DNA from: a virus
Virus record (IMG/VR): IMGVR_UViG_3300025117_001212
DNA length: 64,000 nucleotides
Direction: 5' to 3' (one strand)
How positions within the stretch are numbered: position 1 is the stretch's first letter; each line of letters opens with the position of its first letter. The notes under the pieces are model-generated. The model saw only the letters and a list, made by a program, of their open reading frames with translations. It did not search any database and was not told where the DNA came from. Positions 23,784 through 33,833 of the stretch are shown here, one piece after another. Both the position numbers and the translations under genes were made by a program.

Positions 23784-24344
23784 ATGCCAAGATTCGAAGG
23801 TGAGATAGAACTTGATGGGTTGACATTGCAACAATATAAAGCTGCAATGATGATAGCTGGTGGTAAATACATAAAGGATGATCAAATTGCTGAAAAATTA
23901 GGCGTAAAAAGAACAGAGTTTAAGAAATGGAAGAATATGCCTAATTTTAGATTTAAGGTACTTCAGCTTTTTGATGAAATTACTAAAGACGAGGTCACAT
24001 ATAGAACTAGGCGAATGAACAAGATTCTTTCTCCTCTATATAAGGAGATAAAAAAACGACTTAAGAATGGCGAACACAAAGATATGAGGTTTGTTGATCT
24101 CCTTAGAGTAATGTCTCAAGTACATAATGAAATAAGATGTGATTATAGATTGATTGCTAAAGTTGTACCTGCTGGACAACTTGGAACTAAAGTGGCAGAT
24201 GATGATGGGTATGAAGGTGATAGTGATATTGATGGAGAAGATGTACTTGCACTTGCAAGAACAAGCTATGGTCAATCTAGACTAAAAGCAATAGAAGAAA
24301 ATTCTAGTAAAGTGGTTTCTATTAATAGAAAGTCTAGGTCATAA
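23784..24344 (+). CDS. terS: terminase small subunit (HTH)
   Basis: HTH DQIAEKLGVKRTEFKKWKNMPNF; directly upstream of TerL. Confidence 0.7.
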   Translation: MPRFEGEIELDGLTLQQYKAAMMIAGGKYIKDDQIAEKLGVKRTEFKKWKNMPNFRFKVLQLFDEITKDEVTYRTRRMNKILSPLYKEIKKRLKNGEHKDMRFVDLLRVMSQVHNEIRCDYRLIAKVVPAGQLGTKVADDDGYEGDSDIDGEDVLALARTSYGQSRLKAIEENSSKVVSINRKSRS

Positions 24345-24346
24345 AT

Positions 24347-26200
24347 TTGAAGATTAAAAGAACCCCGGTGAAATATCTTAAAACAGAGCGGACTCCAGTC
24401 AGAGGTCCGCTCATTTTGTCTAGGAAAGATCCACGTGATGATATTGAAGATTTTAACAAAACGATGGATGAGACAAATACTAGGGCTCAAAAAATATTAG
24501 GTGTGGCTGGTAAAATATCTAATGAAGTTGGCTATATTGAAAATTTAACAGAGACAAACCTTTCGCCTACCCGCCTTTATCATTACCAGAAAAAATTCAT
24601 GTTGGACCGTAATAAATACCGCCACTGTGATAAGAGTAGGCAGGTAGGCATGTCTTATTCTTTTAGTTGCGAAGGGTATGCTAAATCGCAGTTAATGGAT
24701 ATTTATACTGGAGTTTTTGTTTCTTATAATCAGTCTGAAGCCAATGATAAGATTAATTATGCAAGAACTCTCTATGAAAGTACTCCGCATAAATATCGTA
24801 AGAAGGCTACAATAGATAGAATAACGGCAATGGAGTTCGAGGGCAGGACTAGTAATGGAAGGAAAACAAGAACTAGAATAATTAGTCATCCCCAACGAGA
24901 ACCTCGTGGGAAGGGTTTTAATACAGATGTGTTTCTCGATGAGTTTGCCCATTACCAATGGCAACAGAAAGTATATGTGGCGAGTGTTCCTATTATTACT
25001 CGTGGTTTGGGGCAACTCAGTATGGCCAGTTCTCCATTAGGAAGAACTGGTATACATTATGAAGTAGGAGCTAATGAAAAAGATTTTAGTATGTATTCTC
25101 GCCATAAAATATATTGGTGGGATAATCCAGACTTTCTTAAAGAGAAGTATATACCTAGAATTGCTGAAGTCCAAGAAGATGCTCCTACCTTAACAACCGA
25201 AGAACGAGTATTTAAATATGGTAATGACAGTATTATTCAAGCATATTTAAACACTCTTGAAGAATATTTTTGTCAAGAATACGAACTAAGGCCATTAGAT
25301 GAAGAGACTTCTTATTATCCAATGTCACTAATTAGGCAATGTACTTTTGAGGTACTTGCTGGATTTGAGATTATAGATGAAGAAGATATCTATGGTGATA
25401 ATCCTGAGCACACTGATTCTGTGTATCCTGGATATAATTTTAAGGTTTATGAAAGTCTTGAATCATTATCTAGAGCCGTTGCTAAAGGAGAAGTAGGTAA
25501 AAGATTATTTGCTGGATTTGATATTGGTCGCAATGAAGATAGTTCTGAGGTAATTATTGTAGAAGAAGTTCCTGAAATGAATTATTTTCAATCAATCAGA
25601 TTGATTGCTTCAATGCGTAAAATGGAGTTTAGAAAACAATTTCAGTTTATATGTAAATTGTTTAAACATCTCCCAATAAGGTTGATGAAAATAGATTCAA
25701 CCGGCATGGGTAAACAATTAGCTGAAGATTTGAAAAAGAAGTTTCATAGTCGTATTGATCCTGTCCACTTTACTAATGAGATAAAAAATGATATTGCTAC
25801 TAACTTTAAATTTAGGTTAGAAGATCAAACATTGGGAATTCCCAATGATCGTGATCTTATAATGCAGATTTATAGCATCAAACGTAAAGTTACTGAAGGT
25901 AATAACACTGTACGTTATGAGGCTGAAAAATCAAAGAAACACCACGGAGATAAATTTTGGTCTTTAGCATTAGCTTCTTTTAGCGGTGAACCTGCACAGA
26001 TGCATAGAGTTAAATTTGTTTCTGCGGGTATTCTTCAACCAGAACATAAAAGTTTCAATAGATTATTGAAACCTGAAAAACATCGTAATTTTATAGGAAT
26101 GCCAATGGCGGTAGGATCTGTTGATTATAAAAAATTACCAATGCCTCCATTTCATGCTGGTGAATTTGCTATTTTATCTAGAAATTTAGATCAGATTTAG
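24347..26200 (+). CDS. terL: terminase large subunit
   Basis: DKSRQVGMS Walker A variant, VFLDEFAH Walker B, FAGFDIG RuvC-like, HGDKFWSLALA. Confidence 0.95.
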   Translation: MKIKRTPVKYLKTERTPVRGPLILSRKDPRDDIEDFNKTMDETNTRAQKILGVAGKISNEVGYIENLTETNLSPTRLYHYQKKFMLDRNKYRHCDKSRQVGMSYSFSCEGYAKSQLMDIYTGVFVSYNQSEANDKINYARTLYESTPHKYRKKATIDRITAMEFEGRTSNGRKTRTRIISHPQREPRGKGFNTDVFLDEFAHYQWQQKVYVASVPIITRGLGQLSMASSPLGRTGIHYEVGANEKDFSMYSRHKIYWWDNPDFLKEKYIPRIAEVQEDAPTLTTEERVFKYGNDSIIQAYLNTLEEYFCQEYELRPLDEETSYYPMSLIRQCTFEVLAGFEIIDEEDIYGDNPEHTDSVYPGYNFKVYESLESLSRAVAKGEVGKRLFAGFDIGRNEDSSEVIIVEEVPEMNYFQSIRLIASMRKMEFRKQFQFICKLFKHLPIRLMKIDSTGMGKQLAEDLKKKFHSRIDPVHFTNEIKNDIATNFKFRLEDQTLGIPNDRDLIMQIYSIKRKVTEGNNTVRYEAEKSKKHHGDKFWSLALASFSGEPAQMHRVKFVSAGILQPEHKSFNRLLKPEKHRNFIGMPMAVGSVDYKKLPMPPFHAGEFAILSRNLDQI

Positions 26201-26208
26201 GAACGATT

Positions 26209-27840
26209 ATGAGACAAACTGTTCGCATCATAGATCCTAATTATTCGCCTAATCGTGAGAAGGAATTTTCTGAAGGTGGAAAACGCCTCCTCACTGTTAT
26301 GAAGAAGCACGGCATTGATAGAGAAGTTCGCGATGAGATGAGATATTACCTTGCCACTAGGGAATCAAAGTCTACTGCTTACCGTAAGACACCTAGTATG
26401 CATAATGAATTGACAAGGTATGGTTCTCCGTATGTGAGTAGTGCATATGCTAGTGATGTTTTGGGTGTATATAATCCTGATATTATTCCTGTAGATACTT
26501 ATATTCGCATGAGGTCAGATCCACAAGTAGCTATCGGTCTTGCTGTCATTAAAATGCCTTTGTATTCGCTTGGATGGGTTGTTGAATGTGAAGATATTGA
26601 TATTAGAGAGTTCATAAAAGCTACATTGGCTCCTATTTGGAAGAAACTCCTTAGAAGCATGTTAACTGCTATTGATTTTGGATTTGCTAGTCATGAAAAA
26701 GTTTGGCAATTGGTTCAGATGAATGTTGCTTCTACTCTTCCAAATGGTAGGAAGAAAACTCATTATAATGGTAAGGCTGAAACCTACCTTAAAATTAAAC
26801 CTCACTATCCATCAACTATCAAGATTAGAACCGATCAAACGACTGATGAATTTTTAGGTATTATTCAAGCAACTGGAGGTGGCGGGCAATCTGTTTCTGT
26901 TGATGCTGATAAATGTTTTCTGTTTGCATTGAATGATGAATTTGGTAATTTTTATGGGCAATCGAGATTGAAACCAGCTTACAAGAGTTGGTATTGGAAG
27001 GAAGTTCTCACCCAATTTATGTTAAGATATTTTGAAAGGAGAGGAAGTCCATCTTCTTTAGTTACTCATCCAACAGGTATTAGTGTTGATGATCAAGGTA
27101 ATGAATATGACAATTCTACAGTAGCTCTAAGGATAGGTCAAAATATTATTGAAAATAGTGTAATTACTCTTCCATACGAACCAAATAAAGAAGGTAAGAA
27201 TCAGTGGGGTGTTGAATTTTTACAAGATGAAAAACGTGGAGAAATGTTTGTGAATGCTCTTAATTATCTAGGTGCTCAGATATTAAGAGGTATGTTGACG
27301 CCTGAGAGAGTTATGACTCAAGATTTGAGTACTGGAAGTTATAGCATGGCTAGCAGTCATGCAGACGTCTTTCTTTTAGCTCAAGAAGGTTTGGCTGCAT
27401 CTATGGAAGATGCTATTAATGAACATATAATCCCACCTCTTGTTAATTATAATTTTCAGCCTAATAAAATTATTCCAACTAGAATAAGGATTGAAAAGAT
27501 TCAATATGATCGTAAGAGAATATTGAAAGAAATATTAATTGAAATTATTAGAAATATGAATACTTTAATTAAGGCTGGAAGTGCCCCACATTTGGTTCCG
27601 TCAATTGTTGAAATGGGAAATGTACTTGGTGTTCCATTGCGTAACTTTGAAGAAGAGTACATGAAAATCGAATCTAGTGAAGATGATGAAGTATTTGACT
27701 CAGACGGTAATCCTATAGATATAGAAGAAGTTGTCAATAAAAGAAATAAGGGCAATACTGCAAATATTCAAAAGAATGACAAAATTAAAAAGGCACCAAA
27801 AGGAGTTCCTGTTAAAGGTAAGAAGAAACCTGTTGAATAA
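26209..27840 (+). CDS. portal protein (Mu gp29/DUF935-like)
   Basis: follows TerL; AIDFGFASHEKVW, YGQSRLKPAY, GSYSMASSH. Confidence 0.85.
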   Translation: MRQTVRIIDPNYSPNREKEFSEGGKRLLTVMKKHGIDREVRDEMRYYLATRESKSTAYRKTPSMHNELTRYGSPYVSSAYASDVLGVYNPDIIPVDTYIRMRSDPQVAIGLAVIKMPLYSLGWVVECEDIDIREFIKATLAPIWKKLLRSMLTAIDFGFASHEKVWQLVQMNVASTLPNGRKKTHYNGKAETYLKIKPHYPSTIKIRTDQTTDEFLGIIQATGGGGQSVSVDADKCFLFALNDEFGNFYGQSRLKPAYKSWYWKEVLTQFMLRYFERRGSPSSLVTHPTGISVDDQGNEYDNSTVALRIGQNIIENSVITLPYEPNKEGKNQWGVEFLQDEKRGEMFVNALNYLGAQILRGMLTPERVMTQDLSTGSYSMASSHADVFLLAQEGLAASMEDAINEHIIPPLVNYNFQPNKIIPTRIRIEKIQYDRKRILKEILIEIIRNMNTLIKAGSAPHLVPSIVEMGNVLGVPLRNFEEEYMKIESSEDDEVFDSDGNPIDIEEVVNKRNKGNTANIQKNDKIKKAPKGVPVKGKKKPVE

Positions 27841-27863
27841 TTTTTTCACGAAGGAGAATAATT

Positions 27864-28187
27864 ATGGCTCTTGATGTTTCTATTAATCCACCTCTTGTAA
27901 ATGAGTTGAAAGCACTCGGCATGTTAGATGGTAGTTCTGACACTTCCAAAGTTGGTGTTCCTGGAAGGCTTATTGTTCAAGCGTTTACTGGCAAGGCAAG
28001 TGGAACGCAAGCTCTTACACAAGCCCCTGTTGCTGTCGTAGCTGTTCTTTCAGTTCCTACTGCCTCTGGGAGTAATTTTGCCATTACAACTAAGGCAGTA
28101 ACAACCAACTATACAATATCTGGATCGACACTTACTTATGTGACTAATGAATCAGCAAATGAATGGATTATCATATATTTCTATTAA
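27864..28187 (+). CDS. small head-associated protein (beta-rich)
   Basis: SD AAGGAG; position in head operon. Confidence 0.6.
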   Translation: MALDVSINPPLVNELKALGMLDGSSDTSKVGVPGRLIVQAFTGKASGTQALTQAPVAVVAVLSVPTASGSNFAITTKAVTTNYTISGSTLTYVTNESANEWIIIYFY

Positions 28188-28198
28188 AAGAGGTTATT

Positions 28199-28876
28199 AT
28201 GGGAAAGAGAAAACTCTTTTCTTTTGCGGCTAAAGACAAGAAATTAGAAACCCTGGTTACTATAGATTCATCTAAAGTAAGCCACAAAGATCATAGTGAT
28301 GTTCACTATTTGTATAAGCAAAGGAAGGCACTTTCACTTCTTGTTGGTGAAGAAGGTTTGAAAGGATATACAGTTGAAGATATAAGATCCATTCATGAGG
28401 CCATTGTACGGGCTCTTATTGATAATGATAAGACTCATTATTATGATACATGGGATTCTGAATTGGATGATTATTTGCCACAAGATTTGAAAGATTCAAG
28501 TGATGGGTATTATAAAAAAGAAGGTGGAATGTTTGATCTAGAAGATGAAAAAGCCTTTGCTGAAGATGAGCACTATGAGTCTGAGTATAAGATATTTCTA
28601 GAAGAAGCTGGTGCTATTGAATTATGGGAAGCTCCAAAGAAACGTAGTGAGGTTCCTGCAGGCCATTTTCTTGATTCTAAGAACAAACGGTATCCGTTCA
28701 AAAATAAAGATGGATCAATTAACTGTACAGGTCTTAAAACTGCTATGGCTTATGCCAATGGAGCTCGTGGAGCCCCTAAGAGACCAGAAATAGCCGCAAA
28801 AGCAAAACGTATTTATTCTAAGAATTGTGCCAAGAAGAAGGCGCAAGAATCTTTTGGTAAAATGACAAAAATTTAG
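28199..28876 (+). CDS. head-morphogenesis-associated protein (C-terminus DUF6582-like)
   Basis: FLDSKNKRYPF ... A.AY..G motif; start MGKRK behind AAGAGG. Confidence 0.55.
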   Translation: MGKRKLFSFAAKDKKLETLVTIDSSKVSHKDHSDVHYLYKQRKALSLLVGEEGLKGYTVEDIRSIHEAIVRALIDNDKTHYYDTWDSELDDYLPQDLKDSSDGYYKKEGGMFDLEDEKAFAEDEHYESEYKIFLEEAGAIELWEAPKKRSEVPAGHFLDSKNKRYPFKNKDGSINCTGLKTAMAYANGARGAPKRPEIAAKAKRIYSKNCAKKKAQESFGKMTKI

Positions 28877-28889
28877 ATGCGAGGTTATT

Positions 28890-29969
28890 ATGAACAAGGA
28901 GAAATTTTTTAGTGTAGTATCTCTTAGTGATATCGATCTTTCTGATGCTACCGACATCGATATCGAAATGTTGAGAGTTGGGAAGTTTAATCATAAAAAG
29001 TATGGAAAGCTCGATATTGATGTTGCAACTCTCAATACTATGGTTCAAAATTTTGATAATAATGTTGTAGGCAGAGACATTTCTTTTGATTGGAATCATA
29101 AGAGTGAAGATGCTTCTGCATGGTTGAAGTCTGTTCGTGTTGAAGATGATAAGTTGATTGGTACTGTTGATTTTACCGATAAAGGAGCTGATTCTGTTAA
29201 GAATAAGAGATATGGTTATTTTTCTATTGAGTATAGTGATGATCATGAGGATTCTGAATCAGGAGATACTTTTGGCCCTACGATTCTTGGTGGTGCATTA
29301 ACAAACAGACCGTTTATTACTAAGCTTCAAAAAATTGAGTTTTCTTTGGATGGAAATAAGGATGTTTCATTGTATAGATTGGAGGATAATTCAATGCTAG
29401 TTGATAAGGATGGAAATAAAATTGTTCGTCAGCCTGTCAAGACTATTGTGAAAGAAAAGGAATTTGTTACAGATGATGATACCAAAAAGCAATTGGCCGA
29501 GTTTTCCGATTTTATTGTGGCTCAGAAGAAGCAAATGGAAGAAATGAACGGTGTGATTAAGACCCTTCAAGAGGAAAATAAATCTCTGAAGGACGCAAAC
29601 AACAATATTCAGTCTAGGGCTAAGAAAGTCGATGTTGATCGCCTTTGTGATACCCTGCTTAGGGATGAACACCATCATCCCGCCATTGTCGCCATTGCTA
29701 AAGAGATTATGCTGAATGATAATGGCGCTAAGATTATTAAAATGTCTGAGACCATTAAAGATGGCGATAATGAGAAGACTGTAGAACTTGAGCTTACAGT
29801 GAAAGATGCGGTTCTTAGACTTCTTCAAGCAATTCCAAAGAATCAGAGAGCTGATTATAAGGAAGAAACTCATTCGCATGAGCTTAGTGAAGAGGAAAAT
29901 AGCAAGTTGATGGATAAGGCCATGGCAAATGTTTTTGCTCGCAAGGGTCTTAAGGTTGTGAAAAAGTAA
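28890..29969 (+). CDS. Mu gpI-like prohead protease/scaffold
   Basis: DWNH, ASAWL, YGYFSIEY, GGALTNRPFI; coiled-coil C-terminal half. Confidence 0.85.
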   Translation: MNKEKFFSVVSLSDIDLSDATDIDIEMLRVGKFNHKKYGKLDIDVATLNTMVQNFDNNVVGRDISFDWNHKSEDASAWLKSVRVEDDKLIGTVDFTDKGADSVKNKRYGYFSIEYSDDHEDSESGDTFGPTILGGALTNRPFITKLQKIEFSLDGNKDVSLYRLEDNSMLVDKDGNKIVRQPVKTIVKEKEFVTDDDTKKQLAEFSDFIVAQKKQMEEMNGVIKTLQEENKSLKDANNNIQSRAKKVDVDRLCDTLLRDEHHHPAIVAIAKEIMLNDNGAKIIKMSETIKDGDNEKTVELELTVKDAVLRLLQAIPKNQRADYKEETHSHELSEEENSKLMDKAMANVFARKGLKVVKK

Positions 29970-30112
29970 TGGCTGCTGATAAGATTAGGATTGAGGTTAG
30001 CAGCTTGAAATCAAAAAGGTTGGGACGCAACCATGTGGAGGACTCATTGAGTCTGATGAAGCTAGAAAGTTCTAACTTAGATGTTAGATGCCTCTTAGAG
30101 GAAACGTCATAA
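29969..30112 (+). CDS. small 47-aa ORF coupled TAATG at both ends (not in ORF track)
   Basis: MAADKIRIEVSSLKSKRLG. Confidence 0.4.
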   Translation: MAADKIRIEVSSLKSKRLGRNHVEDSLSLMKLESSNLDVRCLLEETS

Positions 30113-30672
30113 TGGCGAATTATCAGGATATAAACTTCCCGGCTTCAGGATATGGTGAGCAATCACCTTATTATGATGAAGAATTGTTGTTTGATGGAAG
30201 TTATCAAGTAACATCGGTGACAATAAGTTCAGCATGTTTAGATGAAGAAAATCCTGAAGATGAGAATATCCTTAGAGCTGGTTTGTTGTTGACACTTGCA
30301 GTTGGCGGTGGTTCTGTTTATGGCGTTGCTAATACAGCCAATGGATATTTGAATGGGGATTTGCCATTACAAACATTTCACAACATAGTAGTATTGGCTA
30401 AGAAAACATACATGAACAAGGTTTTTATCATGGGAGGAACTAGAGTAAGAACGGTTACTCCTGTTAATCAGATTGTTCCTGCATATTTGTCGTGTAATAT
30501 ATATGAAAATAAGGTTTACTATAACAATAAATCAAACCAAGAAATTTTGCAGTATCAGTGGGATGATGTACAAAGAATACGATTAGTTCCTCGAGGATCT
30601 AATCGTTCTTTTAATGATAAACTAAGAGCTCTATTATGGAATAGAGTTGAAGAAACAGTCGGTACACTTTAA
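30112..30672 (+). CDS. head decoration protein (paralog 1)
   Basis: between protease and major capsid; LRAGLLL, IVVLA, QWDDVQRI. Confidence 0.6.
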   Translation: MANYQDINFPASGYGEQSPYYDEELLFDGSYQVTSVTISSACLDEENPEDENILRAGLLLTLAVGGGSVYGVANTANGYLNGDLPLQTFHNIVVLAKKTYMNKVFIMGGTRVRTVTPVNQIVPAYLSCNIYENKVYYNNKSNQEILQYQWDDVQRIRLVPRGSNRSFNDKLRALLWNRVEETVGTL

Positions 30673-30693
30673 TTTTTATAAGGAGAAATAACT

Positions 30694-31131
30694 ATGCGAC
30701 CTGGAAATTCGTATGTTACTGCTGAATTCGATTCTGAAATTCTTAGGAGCGGTGATTTTCAACTGATTAGCATTACAGTTGATTCTACTGCAACTTATGA
30801 TCCTACTGGAGCTTCTCCATCTACTAAGCTCCCTAAGGGGCTTCTTTTGGTTCTTGATGATGATCTGTCGGATAATACATATATAGATCTTGATACCGTT
30901 GCAGGTAATAATAACCTTAATGGCACTCCTACTCAATTTATGAAGGACGTGGTTGTTCTTGCCGAAACAATCCTTGATGCTTCTCTTGGTGATCAACCTG
31001 TTAAGGCATATTGGAAAGGAACATTTGATCTTGCAAAACTGAAATATACTGGTAGTGGTGTTACTGCCATTACCCTTGCTCAATGGCTGGATCTGCAAAG
31101 GATTACGGTTGTTGGGTTGCCTGATGCGTAA
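30694..31131 (+). CDS. head decoration protein (paralog 2, lambda gpD-like position)
   Basis: LPKGLLL, VVVLAE, KAYWKG, QWLDLQRI. Confidence 0.65.
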   Translation: MRPGNSYVTAEFDSEILRSGDFQLISITVDSTATYDPTGASPSTKLPKGLLLVLDDDLSDNTYIDLDTVAGNNNLNGTPTQFMKDVVVLAETILDASLGDQPVKAYWKGTFDLAKLKYTGSGVTAITLAQWLDLQRITVVGLPDA

Positions 31132-31151
31132 TTCTTAAAGGGATGTTCTAA

Positions 31152-32090
31152 ATGAAATTTACTAAAGAACATAGAAGAAATATATCAGAATCGAAAAAGT
31201 GTTTTTATGCTGAAAATCCAGATTCTCATCCTAATCTTGGATTGAAGATGTCAAATGAACAAAAGAAGAAAATTTCTGAAAGTTTAAAAAGATACTTTGC
31301 CGAAAATCCAAGCAAGAAACCTTGGGGCAATAGTTATACTAAAGGTAGGAAACATTCTACAGAATCTAAAGAGAAAATGTCAAAGGCTATTAGAAAATAT
31401 ATTGATGGAAACAGAGAAGAAGCGTTTAGGGTGAGATCAAAGGCCCATAAGGGGCAAATTCCATGGACTGCTGGCAAACATTTGCCAGAAGAAATTAAGA
31501 AAAAAATTTCTGAAGGTAACAAAAGATATATGAAAGAACATCCCGAAGATAAAAGATGGATTGGAAGACATTATAAACATACTCCTGAGTCTTTAAACAG
31601 AATAAGAAAGGGAGTTGCAACGGCAATTTTAGAAGGAAGAATGGATAATGCTAGTCCAAGAAGATTTATTAAGGGTAATTACTATTCTAAGAAGAATGGT
31701 AAAACTTATCATTATCGTTCTTCTTATGAATTATGTGCATTCAAGTTATTAGAATCTATGCACATGGTTTGCGGTTATGAATATGAACCATTCCATATAA
31801 GATATGTTGATGAAAATGGTGAGCTTAGAAGATATATTCCTGATATTATGGTTAGACTTAAAAATGGAGATAAAGAATTAATTGAAGTAAGACCTAACAG
31901 ATATTTAAATGATGTAAGAACAAGAAAGAAATTCAAAGCTGCAAACAGGTTTTGTAAGAAACATGACATGACCTTTAGGGTTTGGACTGAAGATCAAGTT
32001 TTTAAACACAAGATACGAGAACCTGTAAGAGAACTGTCGATTGTGAGAACCCCTGTTAGGTTCTTGAGAACACCGATTAGGTTAAGCTAA
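31152..32090 (+). CDS. NUMOD3-repeat endonuclease with TnsA/T4 gp4-like PD-(D/E)XK domain (free-standing homing endonuclease-like)
   Basis: about five NUMOD3 repeats (e.g. KGRKHSTESKEKMS); YRSSYE, YEYEPF.I.Y, RRYIPD, LIEVRP. Confidence 0.8.
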   Translation: MKFTKEHRRNISESKKCFYAENPDSHPNLGLKMSNEQKKKISESLKRYFAENPSKKPWGNSYTKGRKHSTESKEKMSKAIRKYIDGNREEAFRVRSKAHKGQIPWTAGKHLPEEIKKKISEGNKRYMKEHPEDKRWIGRHYKHTPESLNRIRKGVATAILEGRMDNASPRRFIKGNYYSKKNGKTYHYRSSYELCAFKLLESMHMVCGYEYEPFHIRYVDENGELRRYIPDIMVRLKNGDKELIEVRPNRYLNDVRTRKKFKAANRFCKKHDMTFRVWTEDQVFKHKIREPVRELSIVRTPVRFLRTPIRLS

Positions 32091-32115
32091 TTTTATTATT
32101 CTAAGGAGATAAACT

Positions 32116-33354
32116 ATGGACGCATTGGTTTCAAGCCAACTTTTGACTCCGAGAGCTTTAATTCGTGTTATCGACGATATTCCACGTCAACCTGAGACGT
32201 TTAGAGGCATGGATGTAATGCCTCTAATTACTCAACCCGGACCTAGAGTTGAATGGGATATTCGTAGGCCTCTTGGTGGAATGACCCAGGCTGTCGCACG
32301 TGGCGCTGAGTCTCCGATCATCCATCGTAGGGGTGTTGGGCAAGCATCTTTTGAGCCTGCTCATTTCCGTGAAAAAGTAATTCTTGGTGAGTCAGATGTT
32401 ACGACTCTTAGGAAACTCGGTACATGGGAACAAAGATCTACTGCTGCTGAACTCATTGCCGAGATCATGATTGACCTTAATGATCGTCTGGAAAATCGTA
32501 TTGAATGGATGAGATGGCAGCCGATTGTGAATAATACCCTTACGATTAATGAAAATAAGGTGCAATTCACAGTTACCTATAACATGCCTACTCGTCAAAG
32601 ACCTACTGCTTCTCCTCTCTGGAGTACAGTAGCGACTGCTGATCCTATTTCTAATATTCAAACATGGGTTCGTCTTTTTAGAGGTTCTGGTTGTAAACCT
32701 AAGAAGTTTTGGTTTAACACTCAAGTTCTTCAATATCTTTTTCAAAATCAAAGGATTTTGAGTCTTCTAGATCGTGTTTTCAATGGTGGCGTTCCCGCTT
32801 CTATGGGTGAGGAAGTTCTTAAATCTATCATGAAAACCTATATTGGCAATTACGAATATGAGGTTTATGATAGCGGTTATAATTTGATTACTTATACTAT
32901 CGGTGCTGTTTCGGCTGGTGGTGGTCCTCATACTATTTCGGTTGATGATGGAACTGGATATGCAACTGGTGATATTGTCCAGATTGCTGCTGCTGATGAA
33001 AGTGCTGAAGAGAACCTTACACTCTCCGGTGTTTCTGGTAATACTTTGACCGGTACAGGAACTCTTGCTGGAACATATCCTGCGGCGAGTATGATTCGCT
33101 GTTATAAAACCTTCATTCCTGATGATGTGTTTATTATTGAAGGTGATTTTCCTCCTGGTTCTGGATCGAAGGGGGAGGTCATCAGTGTTGACGCTGTCTA
33201 TGGAACTGGTAATCTTATGTCGCCTAAACCTGGGAAATTTGCCGAAACAATTTTCATGAACAAAGATCCTAAACAAATTGAAATTATTGCTGGAATCAAT
33301 GCGCTTCCGGTTCTTTATCGCAAAAGAGGCTTTGTGGTGGCGACTGTAGCGTAA
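32116..33354 (+). CDS. major capsid protein (lambda gpE-like, HK97 fold)
   Basis: RLENRIEWMRWQ, WSTVATADPISNI, KDP...EIIA...ALPV; SD AAGGAG. Confidence 0.9.
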   Translation: MDALVSSQLLTPRALIRVIDDIPRQPETFRGMDVMPLITQPGPRVEWDIRRPLGGMTQAVARGAESPIIHRRGVGQASFEPAHFREKVILGESDVTTLRKLGTWEQRSTAAELIAEIMIDLNDRLENRIEWMRWQPIVNNTLTINENKVQFTVTYNMPTRQRPTASPLWSTVATADPISNIQTWVRLFRGSGCKPKKFWFNTQVLQYLFQNQRILSLLDRVFNGGVPASMGEEVLKSIMKTYIGNYEYEVYDSGYNLITYTIGAVSAGGGPHTISVDDGTGYATGDIVQIAAADESAEENLTLSGVSGNTLTGTGTLAGTYPAASMIRCYKTFIPDDVFIIEGDFPPGSGSKGEVISVDAVYGTGNLMSPKPGKFAETIFMNKDPKQIEIIAGINALPVLYRKRGFVVATVA

Positions 33355-33427
33355 TTGAAGTTATCATAACCATAGTGATTGCGACTCACTAAGTGTTCTA
33401 AATACTAAATGCTGGAGGGCATTTCAG

Positions 33428-33832
33428 ATGAAACAAGCAGTTCAAATTCTTTTTCCAGGGTTTACAATTGGTGACAAGATTTATGATAGGGGTGATATTG
33501 AATTAGTCCCTACCAAGTATCTTGTCGAACTTGCTGAAAAGAAAGTTAAACAATTTCACAGGGATTCAAATAAGAAAATAAGAATAGCTAGAATTGTAGA
33601 TGCTGATGATTTGGAAAAAAGCAGAGAAGATATGGATTTTGGTGATGAACTTGATTATGATATGAAAAGTACCCCAAAGTCAACAGAACCAGAAATTGAT
33701 GATGATTTGAAAGAAAAGAAAAATAAAGAATTACGATTAATGGCTATTGATCTTGGTTGCAAAGATAACTATGTTAAAAGTATTAAAGGCAATAAACTGA
33801 GACAACTTATCACCTTTCTAAGGAAACTCTAA
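33428..33832 (+). CDS. hypothetical virion protein (possible C-terminal Rho-N/HeH-like motif)
   Basis: post-capsid position; KNKELRLMAIDLG ... LRQLI. Confidence 0.6.
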   Translation: MKQAVQILFPGFTIGDKIYDRGDIELVPTKYLVELAEKKVKQFHRDSNKKIRIARIVDADDLEKSREDMDFGDELDYDMKSTPKSTEPEIDDDLKEKKNKELRLMAIDLGCKDNYVKSIKGNKLRQLITFLRKL

Positions 33833-33833
33833 A

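Noticed and set aside
30040-30112. Hammerhead ribozyme (CTGATGA ... GAAAC GTC)
   Set aside because: Stems II and III cannot be formed around the core; the region is better explained by a coupled 47-aa ORF
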